This document shows, in pieces, positions 19,685 through 28,313 of a stretch of DNA of 64,000 nucleotides. How positions within the stretch are numbered: the stretch's first letter is position 1; every line of letters begins with the position of its first letter. Source of the stretch: Bacteroidota bacterium (GTDB lineage: Bacteria > Bacteroidota > Bacteroidia > Bacteroidales > UBA12077); contig JBHOSR010000002.1 in the NCBI GenBank assembly GCA_042584405.1, forward strand, positions 3,417-67,416, given 5' to 3'. The position numbers were made by a program, and so were the translations under genes. The notes beneath the pieces were generated by a model, which did no database searches, was not told where the DNA came from, and saw only the letters and a list, made by a program, of their open reading frames with translations.

Positions 19685-20653
19685 ATGAAAAAGCTGACAC
19701 TTATTTTGATTATAATGTATGTGGGAATAAATGTATTTTCACAACCCGTTCCCGCAGAAGATGAGAACATACCGTATTTAATGACATTTGGGCATAAAGC
19801 AGAGATTTCATGGGGTGATGACGATTTTTCACAAACTTTTTTTGTGCTCATTCCAACAGAACATACCAGTCCTATTTTCATTAGGGTTTATGATCCGGAT
19901 TGTGGTGGAGAAGTAGACGAGATTAATGGATTTTGGGATACAAAAATGGAATATTCAATTTATGGAGGTGTTGGCTGTTTTGAGAATGAAGATGCAAAAG
20001 GAATTGATCCTATTGGTGATTATAAAAGCGGAAACTTACTTGCGACAAAAGTGTTTGGAGAAAATCCCAGGTATGATAATAAATGGTATACATTCGGGCC
20101 GTTTAATCCTACAGAAGGTGAGCTAGTTGAAAAATATGGAGGATATGTATTTAAAATTATATGTGAAGGTATTACTGGTGATGATGGAAATATGTATCAA
20201 TATTTTGTAAGTACTGCACAAACAGAAAATAAGCGTATTGAAGGTGCAAATGCTTTTGCATATGAATATAGCTTCAGAATGCATAATGATCCTAACGAAG
20301 TATCGCATATTTATCCTTATGTTGATGATAGAACAATTAAGGTTGTACAAAAGAATTTTGATTGGGACAATGATGGCATTATTAGGGTTGTTTCAGTTGG
20401 TAGAGCAGGATTACCATGTAAGATTTCAGGCGATGATGGTTGGAAAGAAAGTGAATTTGTTATTCTTGATGAGGAAAAAAACACTTCTCTTGATTTCCAG
20501 TTTATTAAAAGGAAATCACCTCCCGTTAAAAATAATAATGTTGTGATTTCTGTGAAAAACCAATATGGCGAGCTACTTCCCTTCTACACAATACCTATTG
20601 GAGGTGTTCCTAAGTATAAATATTCTATAGGTGTAAAAAAGAAATCAAATTAA
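19685..20653 (+). CDS. hypothetical secreted protein (322 aa)
   Basis: Signal peptide MKKLTLILIIMYVGINVFSQ. Long ORF in the operon. No family recognised. Confidence 0.6.
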   Translation: MKKLTLILIIMYVGINVFSQPVPAEDENIPYLMTFGHKAEISWGDDDFSQTFFVLIPTEHTSPIFIRVYDPDCGGEVDEINGFWDTKMEYSIYGGVGCFENEDAKGIDPIGDYKSGNLLATKVFGENPRYDNKWYTFGPFNPTEGELVEKYGGYVFKIICEGITGDDGNMYQYFVSTAQTENKRIEGANAFAYEYSFRMHNDPNEVSHIYPYVDDRTIKVVQKNFDWDNDGIIRVVSVGRAGLPCKISGDDGWKESEFVILDEEKNTSLDFQFIKRKSPPVKNNNVVISVKNQYGELLPFYTIPIGGVPKYKYSIGVKKKSN

Positions 20654-20659
20654 TATACT

Positions 20660-23600
20660 ATGAGGGGATTAATTATAAAATTATCGGGAATCTTAATACT
20701 GAGTTTGATTGTTTTGAACTTATCAGGGCAAATATATCAGTTTAAAGAATATAGTATTGAAGAAGGATTAAGTCATCCTTTTGTTTACACAGTTTGTGAA
20801 GACAGAGATGGTTTTATATGGATTGGAACGGGAGAAGGATTGTGTAGGTATGATGGTTTTCAATTTAAGGTAAGTGAAATTGACGATTCCTTAACAAATG
20901 GATTTGTATCATCAAGTTATTTAGATAATAATGGAATTCTATGGTTTGGACATAATTCAGGAGAAATTACTTATTACGATGGAGTTCAGTTTGAACGTTT
21001 AAATATTAGTGATGAAATCAATAGCACAATAACTGATATTACTAATGATGAAAATGGAAACGTTTTTATAGCCACTCAAAATAATGGCTTAATTAAAATT
21101 GATAAGAACTTTAAAATAAATATTTACAAAGATGAATTTGAAGGGAAATTAATCTACTCCCTTTTATCAGTTGGTAATAATAACTTTTTAATTGGAACTA
21201 CTAATGGTTTAGGTCTTTATTCTTTAAAGGAAAACCAATTTATTGAAAATTACTCTATTGAAGAGCTGGAATATATTGCAATTCAAACAATTGATGTTAG
21301 TAAAAAAGATAACACGTATTGGATAGGAACTGAAGATTCTGGTTTTTTTCTATTAAAAAGTAAAAGTGAAAACTTCGATACATACGAAATTATTAATATT
21401 GGCGAAAAGTACAATATTGGATACGAGAATGTACAGTCTGTTATAGAAGACAATGAAAATTTATTATGGATAAGTACTTTTGGACAAGGAATATATAAAC
21501 TTATTCCAAATGAAGAAACTGATTTCGAATATGAAAACATGGTTCAGTTTTCAACTGCAAATGGACTTTCAAATAATTTCGTTAAAACTGTATACCAGGA
21601 TTGGGAAGGTAATTACTGGATTGCAACATATGGAAATGGATTAGCATTTTCTGTTGATGAAGCATTTACGTTTCATTATCAGGATATTGAAGAACTTAAT
21701 GGCAATATTTTATCGGTTTTAGAATCCGAATCACATCTATGGCTTGGTGGTGAAAAAGTGCTGGTAAAAGTAGATAAAGCTACAAATGATGTTGTCGTCT
21801 TAGATGGAAAAAATGGAATACCACAAGATAAAATTGTAGCACTCTATTTTGATAAAAATAAAGATCTATGGATTGGTACTGAGGAGAGTGGAATTTACCA
21901 AATAAAATCAGGGGCAAATAGAGCTCAGATTTTTTTTAAATCTAATAATTCACTAGGAAATAAAATAAACTCTATAACTGGTACAGAAACTACAATTTGG
22001 GTTGCATCAGAAAATGGTGTTTTAGAATTCGACGTAAAATCAGGGAAAAGTGAACTTTTTAACACAACTCAAGGATTACCTTATAATAATATTGGATTTG
22101 TCTATGTTGATTCTGATGAGAATCCCTGGATAGCAACTAAAAGTAACGGTATTTTTGTTTTAAATAGAGAATTGGACTATTCAATTGAGGGAGGCAATGT
22201 AAACTTTGAGTTTACTTCAATTACAGAAGATATAAATGGTAATATTTGGGCTGCAACTTATGGTGAAGGGGTATTTAAGTTTGAAGATAGTATTAAACAT
22301 TTCTCGACCGATAATGGTTTAAAATCAAATTATTGCTATAGCATAATATCCGATAATGCTGGAAGAGTTTGGGTTGGTCATAGATTGGGAATGAGTAGCA
22401 TTGACGTAAGCTCTGGCGAATTAAAAGTGTATGGTACTGAAACAGGTATAACAGGTGATTGTAATAATAATGCAGTATTTAAAAATACTGATGGAATTAT
22501 TTTAACTGGAACAACTGATGGATTGGTCGTATATGATTACACCAAAGAAAAAAAGAACATATTAGAACCTAAACTTAATATTTCTGAAGTACTATTCTCT
22601 GATAAACCAGTTAATTTTAAAAAGCCAATAAATCTACCTTATAAAGTTTACAAATTAAATATTGAATATGTTGGTTTAAGTTATAGTAATCCAAGTGGGG
22701 TAAGCTATCAGTATAAACTTGATGGTTACGATTTGGAATGGTCGAAAGTAACTCAAAACAGGGATGTATATTATCCAAGAATAGAAGATGGAAATTACAC
22801 ATTTATACTAAAAGCCTGTAATTCTGATGGAAAATGTGTTGAAAACCCTTTAGAAATAAAGATTATTATTCGTCCACCATTTTGGAAAACATGGTGGTTT
22901 ATTACCTTATCAATATTAATTGGAGCAGGTGCAATATATTCATATATTAAATATCGTGAAAGAAAACATAAAGCATTACAAGAATATTTAGAAAAAGAAC
23001 TTAATGCAAGAACAAAGGAGGTGGTTCTGCAAAAGGAGGAGCTTGAAGTAAAAAATCGTGATATAACAGACAGTATTAATTATGCTCAAAGAATACAGCA
23101 AAGTATTCTACCTTCTGTTGGAACCATTAATGATAATTTCTCCGGAGCTTTTGTTTATTATAGTCCTAGAGATATTGTTAGTGGTGACTTTTATTGGTAC
23201 GATAAGGTTAATGATGATAAGTTTTTAATTGTATGTGCTGACTCAACTGGGCACGGCGTTCCGGGGGCTTTTATGTCGATGATTGGTACCACATTAATCA
23301 AAGATATTTGTATGAGGAAAGATATAAATTCACCATCGGATGTTTTGGAACAATTAGATAGAGAACTGCAAAGTACTTTAAATCAAAATATAGATGCTGA
23401 ACGTGCACATGATGGAATGGATATAATTGTTTGTGAGATTGATGTTAATACGCATTACATGCGATTTTCATCAGCAATGCGTCCTTTAATACTTTATAAA
23501 AACAAAGAATTACAATATGTAAAAGGTACCAAAGCATCCATTGGTGGTGATCCAGATGCCGATAAACGATTTGAAAATGTTGGATTTCAGTTAAGTGAAG

Positions 23601-23815
23601 GTGATACTATTTATATGTTTTCTGATGGTTATCCAGATCAGTTTGGAGGACCAAGGGGTAAGAAATTTAAACTCGATAGAGTTAAAAATATGTTGGCCGA
23701 TGTATGTGATAAACCTATGGAAACGCAACAAGAATATGTTTCTAAAATTTTTAACGATTGGAGAGGTAAATTACAGCAAGTAGATGATGTGTTGTTTATG
23801 GGCGTTAAGCTCTAG
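20660..23815 (+). CDS. two-component-regulator-propeller/Y_Y_Y sensor fused to SpoIIE (PP2C) phosphatase
   Basis: Periplasmic propeller repeats (FIWIGTGEGL, LWFGHNSG, YWIGTEDSG...). Y_Y_Y domain (YQYKLDGYDLEWS), one TM helix, a coiled coil and PP2C motifs (SGDFYWY, ADSTGHGVPGAFMS, FSDGYPDQ). Confidence 0.85.
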   Translation: MRGLIIKLSGILILSLIVLNLSGQIYQFKEYSIEEGLSHPFVYTVCEDRDGFIWIGTGEGLCRYDGFQFKVSEIDDSLTNGFVSSSYLDNNGILWFGHNSGEITYYDGVQFERLNISDEINSTITDITNDENGNVFIATQNNGLIKIDKNFKINIYKDEFEGKLIYSLLSVGNNNFLIGTTNGLGLYSLKENQFIENYSIEELEYIAIQTIDVSKKDNTYWIGTEDSGFFLLKSKSENFDTYEIINIGEKYNIGYENVQSVIEDNENLLWISTFGQGIYKLIPNEETDFEYENMVQFSTANGLSNNFVKTVYQDWEGNYWIATYGNGLAFSVDEAFTFHYQDIEELNGNILSVLESESHLWLGGEKVLVKVDKATNDVVVLDGKNGIPQDKIVALYFDKNKDLWIGTEESGIYQIKSGANRAQIFFKSNNSLGNKINSITGTETTIWVASENGVLEFDVKSGKSELFNTTQGLPYNNIGFVYVDSDENPWIATKSNGIFVLNRELDYSIEGGNVNFEFTSITEDINGNIWAATYGEGVFKFEDSIKHFSTDNGLKSNYCYSIISDNAGRVWVGHRLGMSSIDVSSGELKVYGTETGITGDCNNNAVFKNTDGIILTGTTDGLVVYDYTKEKKNILEPKLNISEVLFSDKPVNFKKPINLPYKVYKLNIEYVGLSYSNPSGVSYQYKLDGYDLEWSKVTQNRDVYYPRIEDGNYTFILKACNSDGKCVENPLEIKIIIRPPFWKTWWFITLSILIGAGAIYSYIKYRERKHKALQEYLEKELNARTKEVVLQKEELEVKNRDITDSINYAQRIQQSILPSVGTINDNFSGAFVYYSPRDIVSGDFYWYDKVNDDKFLIVCADSTGHGVPGAFMSMIGTTLIKDICMRKDINSPSDVLEQLDRELQSTLNQNIDAERAHDGMDIIVCEIDVNTHYMRFSSAMRPLILYKNKELQYVKGTKASIGGDPDADKRFENVGFQLSEGDTIYMFSDGYPDQFGGPRGKKFKLDRVKNMLADVCDKPMETQQEYVSKIFNDWRGKLQQVDDVLFMGVKL

Positions 23816-24405
23816 TTTTGCTCCATATGGTTAATATCGATAATATTATTTAAGATTGCATAAATTGTTAAACCCGGAACAGTTTTAATCCCAAGTTTCC
23901 GAGTTATATTTTTTCTGTGTGTTACAACTGTATGTGCACTTATAAATAGCTTATCTGCAATTTCTTTGTTTGAATATCCTAACGCAATATTTTTAAGAAT
24001 ATCAGTTTCACGAGCGCTTATTTCATCCGATCTTTGTGGTGTAGGTTTACTTATTTTAGAACTACCTATAGCAGTATTAATTTTCTTAAGGATGTTATTC
24101 TGAGTATCGTTAATATTAATTTGTTCACACCACTGAATCTCTTGTGATAAAACAATTTTCTTTTCAGATATAGATATCAAATTAACATTTCTAGAAAGAT
24201 TTTTTATGATATTTTTTACTGGTATATCAGCTAAGTTTAAATTTATTAATATAAAATCGACTTCAAAATTATCTATGTTTTTTAAATCATCTACATTATC
24301 AAATTGCTGCAAAACCTTTGCGTTAGGAATTTTTTCAATAATTGAAATTAAACCCTTTCGAATTAAATATGATTTTTCGAATATAATAAAAGTCGTTGCT
24401 GACAT
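23812..24405 (-). CDS. LuxR/GerE-family transcription factor with degenerate receiver-like N-domain
   Basis: C-terminal HTH (ISARETDILKNIALGYSNKEIADKLFISAHTVVTHRKNITRKLG). The N-domain aligns to REC but lacks the acidic pocket (see findings). Confidence 0.8.
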   Translation of the reverse strand: MSATTFIIFEKSYLIRKGLISIIEKIPNAKVLQQFDNVDDLKNIDNFEVDFILINLNLADIPVKNIIKNLSRNVNLISISEKKIVLSQEIQWCEQININDTQNNILKKINTAIGSSKISKPTPQRSDEISARETDILKNIALGYSNKEIADKLFISAHTVVTHRKNITRKLGIKTVPGLTIYAILNNIIDINHMEQN

Positions 24406-24411
24406 TTGCTG

Positions 24412-25149
24412 CTATTTATTTGCAAATCTTTTAGTAATTATTTTCTCCATTTCACGAATCTTAGGAACTAGAACTTTTTCCTCAATTCTTGAATGATCAT
24501 TTAAATCTTGTTCAAGATTAAAAAGTGCATATAATAACTTATTGCATAGCTCAGAGTTATTAGGTTGCGGAAGATACTTTATAATTATATTCTTTAAGTC
24601 AAATAATTTTTCTTCAATATTATCATGTTCGTTTTGGAACGAATCAATAGAATAAGTATTCATAAGTTCCATAACGGATCTTTCTGGATTTTCTGAATAA
24701 TATGCGTTTTCTATTGTTATTGTATAAGGAAAAACAACCTCTTCCTCACGATGAGTATGGTTTAGGAGCTCCTTTTTATAATTGTTAAAGAATTTTTTTA
24801 GCAAGACAATATTTTCTTTCTGTGTATAACATGAATTAACTAATTCTTCGATAAGATATTCTATTTCAGGAACTTTTATACTATGATAATCGTTATGAGT
24901 TCTTTGTAAATAATTTGTTATGAGTTTTACTGAGAAAGTTTGTAAATGCTTTTTTGGGAAATAATCTTTATCGACAAATGCGTTTACGATTTCTAAAAAA
25001 AAATCAACATCAACATTGTTTTGCTTACAAACTTCTTCGACCGATTTATCGCCAAAACCTAGTTCGATTTGAAAGCGATTTAGAACTGACAAAGTGAAGT
25101 AATTCATGTGAATTACATCGGCCATTTTTAAGCTTTTAGTTATTAGCAT
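24412..25149 (-). CDS. hemerythrin-like metal-binding domain protein
   Basis: ScdA_N-like N-terminus (LNRFQIELGFGDKSVEEVC) followed by H/E-rich helices (HNDYHS, HTHREEEVVFP, EHDNIEEKL, DHSRIEEKVLVP). Confidence 0.65.
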   Translation of the reverse strand: MLITKSLKMADVIHMNYFTLSVLNRFQIELGFGDKSVEEVCKQNNVDVDFFLEIVNAFVDKDYFPKKHLQTFSVKLITNYLQRTHNDYHSIKVPEIEYLIEELVNSCYTQKENIVLLKKFFNNYKKELLNHTHREEEVVFPYTITIENAYYSENPERSVMELMNTYSIDSFQNEHDNIEEKLFDLKNIIIKYLPQPNNSELCNKLLYALFNLEQDLNDHSRIEEKVLVPKIREMEKIITKRFANK

Positions 25150-25199
25150 TTTCTAATGTATTTAGTTGCTAAAATTATAACAAGTATCTGGTTAAATTG

Positions 25200-25685
25200 T
25201 TAATTCCACTCAGGAACAATTAGTTCTGGGGTAGTTTCTAAGTTGCTTAAGTGATATTCACGATCCATAATTTGAAATTCATATTTTACAGTATCATTTA
25301 CCTGCTCTATAAAATAGATTTTAACTTGCATATCACCTTTTATATGTTTTCTATAAACTCCCTCGGCAAAGTATGGTAGTAGAAAATTAATTGTATCGAT
25401 TGCAACAAAATTGCCATTTTGTTTGCTATATTCATAAATAAAGATGTCAGGTATTTCCAATCCTAAAATTGTATCAGAATTTTCAGAAAAACCAATATCT
25501 CCATTTCCATCAATAAATTCAAAAGTTAAAAATCCTACCTGATTTATATAACTATCGTCTATCACTTCAACATCAAAAACAAAATTTTTATACTTTATGA
25601 ATGGAATTTCAGTATAATCAGCTGTTTTTTCGCACCCGATAAAACAAATTGAGATAATGGATATGATTAAGCCAAGTCTTTTCAC
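25200..25685 (-). CDS. hypothetical lipoprotein
   Basis: Lipobox SICFIGC. Encoded 3 nt after the der stop, so probably the last gene of the era operon. Confidence 0.55.
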   Translation of the reverse strand: MKRLGLIISIISICFIGCEKTADYTEIPFIKYKNFVFDVEVIDDSYINQVGFLTFEFIDGNGDIGFSENSDTILGLEIPDIFIYEYSKQNGNFVAIDTINFLLPYFAEGVYRKHIKGDMQVKIYFIEQVNDTVKYEFQIMDREYHLSNLETTPELIVPEWN

Positions 25686-25688
25686 AGA

Positions 25689-26987
25689 TTATTTTTTTCT
25701 CATATAAATTTGAATTGGAGAACCTGTAAAAGTAAAATTCTCACGTAACTTATTTTCTAAATATCTTTTATAAGGTTCTTTTACATATTGTGGCAAATTA
25801 CAAAAGAATACAAAAGAAGGATAATAAGTATTTAGTTGGGTTATATATTTAATTTTAACAAACTTGCCCTTTACCGATGGAGGTGGATATGCTGCTATAA
25901 CTTCTTGCATAACTTCATTAAGTTTCGATGTAGAAATCTTTTGTTTTCTGTTTTCATAAACATTTTTAGCTTCTTCAAGTACTTTATGAATTCGTTGCAT
26001 ATTAATTACAGAGGTATATATAATTGGAACATCAACAAAAGGAGCAATCTTCTCTTTTATTTTTTGTGTATAATCTTTAGAAGTATTGGTTTCTTTTTCA
26101 ACTAAATCCCATTTATTAACCAGAATTACTAGTCCCTTATTATTTTTCTGTATAAGATTTATAATGTTCAGATCCTGAGATTCCATTCCTTGCGTTGCAT
26201 CAATTAAAAGTATGCATACATCAGCTTGCTCTAAGGAACGGATTGATCGAAGCACAGAATAAAATTCAAGATTCTCAGTAACTTTTGCTTTTTTCCGAAT
26301 TCCAGCCGTATCAACTAAATAAAAATCGTGATCAAATTTATTATATCGGGTATTTATCGAATCACGGGTTGTACCTGAAATAGGTGTAACTATATTTCTT
26401 TCTTCGCCAATTAAAGCATTTATTAGCGACGATTTTCCAACATTTGGTCTGCCAACTACAGTATATTTCGGAAGATCTAGTTCATCATCAATTGTTTTCT
26501 TTTCAATATAGCTTACAACTTTATCGAGTAATTCTCCTGTTCCGCTTCCATTTATAGATGAGATACAAATAGGATCGCCTAAACCAAATTTATAAAATTC
26601 GTTTGCATCTAAAATCCGCTTACTATTATCTACCTTATTTGCAACAACTAAAATATTTTTTTTCGATTTTCGAAGAATTTGAGCAACCGTTTCGTCTAAA
26701 TCGGTAACACCACTTGTAACATCAACAATAAATAAAATAAGGTCTGCTTCATCCATTGCAATCTCAACCTGCTTTCTTATTTCTTCCTCGAAAACATCAT
26801 CAGAATTACGAATGTAACCTCCTGTATCGATAACTGAGAACTCTTTCCCTGTCCATTCAGATTTACCATATAATCGGTCCCTTGTTACACCACTAGTTTC
26901 ATCTACAATCGCTTGCTTTGTTTCTGTTAATCGATTAAATAATGTTGATTTCCCTACATTTGGTCTTCCTACTATTGCTACAATCAT
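25689..26987 (-). CDS. der: ribosome biogenesis GTPase Der (EngA)
   Basis: Two tandem GTPase domains (GRPNVGKST twice, DTGG/DTAG, NKVD/NKWD) and a KH-like C-domain. Confidence 0.95.
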   Translation of the reverse strand: MIVAIVGRPNVGKSTLFNRLTETKQAIVDETSGVTRDRLYGKSEWTGKEFSVIDTGGYIRNSDDVFEEEIRKQVEIAMDEADLILFIVDVTSGVTDLDETVAQILRKSKKNILVVANKVDNSKRILDANEFYKFGLGDPICISSINGSGTGELLDKVVSYIEKKTIDDELDLPKYTVVGRPNVGKSSLINALIGEERNIVTPISGTTRDSINTRYNKFDHDFYLVDTAGIRKKAKVTENLEFYSVLRSIRSLEQADVCILLIDATQGMESQDLNIINLIQKNNKGLVILVNKWDLVEKETNTSKDYTQKIKEKIAPFVDVPIIYTSVINMQRIHKVLEEAKNVYENRKQKISTSKLNEVMQEVIAAYPPPSVKGKFVKIKYITQLNTYYPSFVFFCNLPQYVKEPYKRYLENKLRENFTFTGSPIQIYMRKK

Positions 26988-26997
26988 GTTTTAAAAT

Positions 26998-27339
26998 TTA
27001 ATAAATTAACCTATTAATAATAGCATCAAGTTTTTCAATAATTAGATTAGAATCTTTTATCAATTTACTTTTTTGCTTATTAAGTGTTTCGTTTGATAGT
27101 TCTCCTAAAGTATTTAAAAGTTCACTTGATTTTTTTGCATTCAAAAAACATTCTCTAAGATTATTTGCAAAATCTTCATTTTCTGATGCGTTGAGGGCAT
27201 CGATAAACTTTAACGATACCGCACCCATACTCTGTTTTAATTCGCTTTTTGCTAATTCTGGAAATTCTTTTTCTAAACTTTTAACAAGTCCAATTCCTTC
27301 AACTGCAAAATTATATGTTTTAACTTCTAATTCTTCCAT
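26998..27339 (-). CDS. four-helix-bundle protein (23S rRNA intervening-sequence protein / Avd-like family)
   Basis: 113 aa. KTYNFAVEGIGLVKSL...SELKQSMGAVS...DALNASENEDFANNLRECFLNAKKSSELL follows the family pattern (K.F.FAV...QL.RS..SI..N..EA.G..S.KDF...L.IA.KEA.ET). Confidence 0.6.
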   Translation of the reverse strand: MEELEVKTYNFAVEGIGLVKSLEKEFPELAKSELKQSMGAVSLKFIDALNASENEDFANNLRECFLNAKKSSELLNTLGELSNETLNKQKSKLIKDSNLIIEKLDAIINRLIY

Positions 27340-27341
27340 TT

Positions 27342-28229
27342 CTAAATTAAAACGTTGTATCCAAAATTTCGTAATGATCTGTCTTTATCTCTCCAATCTT
27401 TACTTACCTTAACATACAATTCTAAAAAAACTTTTTTACTAAAAAAATCCTCAATATCTAAACGTGCTTCAGTTCCGGTCTTTTTTAATGCCTGTCCTTT
27501 GTGGCCAATTATAATTCCTTTTTGAGATGGCCTTGTTACATGAATATTAGCTCTTATTCGTAAAAGCTTATCAGTATCCTTAAATTCTTCGACTTCAATT
27601 TGAACCGAGTATGGAATTTCCTTATGATAGTATAGTAGAATTTTTTCACGTATAATCTCTGAAACAAAAAAGCGCTCCGTTTTATCTGTTAACGAGTCTT
27701 TTGGAAAATATGGAGGACCCTCAGGTAATAATTCAATTATTCTTTTAAAAACCTGGTCTAAATTGAAATTTTTTAATGCTGATATAGGTACTATTTCTGC
27801 TTTAGGTAATATTTTTTGCCAGGTTTCAACCAGTGCTTCTAATTTTTCCTGATTGGTTAAATCAATTTTATTTATTAAGAGTAAAATCGGAACATCTATT
27901 TTAAACAAACGATCGATATATTGTTGGTTTTTATCTAAAGTTTCAACTACATCAGTAATGTAGAGTATGATATCAGCGTCTTCGAATGCAGTTCCAACAA
28001 ACCCCATCATTTTTTCTTGTAACTTATAATTTGGTTTTAATATCCCGGGAGTATCAGAATAAACAATCTGATAATCATCGTGGTTTACAATTCCCATTAT
28101 CCTATGTCGAGTGGTTTGCGATTTTGAAGTTATAATGGAAAGTTTTTCTCCCACCATTTCATTCATTAAAGTCGATTTACCAACGTTTGGATTCCCAATA
28201 ATATTTACAAAACCTGATTTATGTGACAT
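27342..28229 (-). CDS. era: GTPase Era
   Basis: GNPNVGKST, DTPG, NKID and a C-terminal KH domain (IIIGHKGQALKKTG). Confidence 0.95.
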   Translation of the reverse strand: MSHKSGFVNIIGNPNVGKSTLMNEMVGEKLSIITSKSQTTRHRIMGIVNHDDYQIVYSDTPGILKPNYKLQEKMMGFVGTAFEDADIILYITDVVETLDKNQQYIDRLFKIDVPILLLINKIDLTNQEKLEALVETWQKILPKAEIVPISALKNFNLDQVFKRIIELLPEGPPYFPKDSLTDKTERFFVSEIIREKILLYYHKEIPYSVQIEVEEFKDTDKLLRIRANIHVTRPSQKGIIIGHKGQALKKTGTEARLDIEDFFSKKVFLELYVKVSKDWRDKDRSLRNFGYNVLI

Positions 28230-28255
28230 TATATTCTTTAGGTATAAATTTTTTG

Positions 28256-28263
28256 CAAAGATA
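28256..28263 (-). promoter_or_regulatory. candidate -7 box (TATCTTTG on minus strand) for era operon
   Basis: The plus strand reads caaagata. This places the box 26 nt upstream of the era ATG. Confidence 0.4.
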
Positions 28264-28313
28264 AGAGAAATTTTGGCTAAACCGCCTCTATATGTTTTTG
28301 TTCTGCAATGGTC

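Noticed and set aside
23812-23815. 4-nt overlaps of convergent stop codons (CTAG here, TTAA at 44356-44359) as regulatory features
   Set aside because: A self-complementary stop-codon overlap is a trivial consequence of compact gene packing, and no associated structure was seen.
26998-27339. Diversity-generating retroelement suggested by the Avd-like four-helix-bundle gene
   Set aside because: No reverse transcriptase ORF and no template/variable repeat pair is visible nearby or anywhere in the window. The gene sits inside a housekeeping operon.
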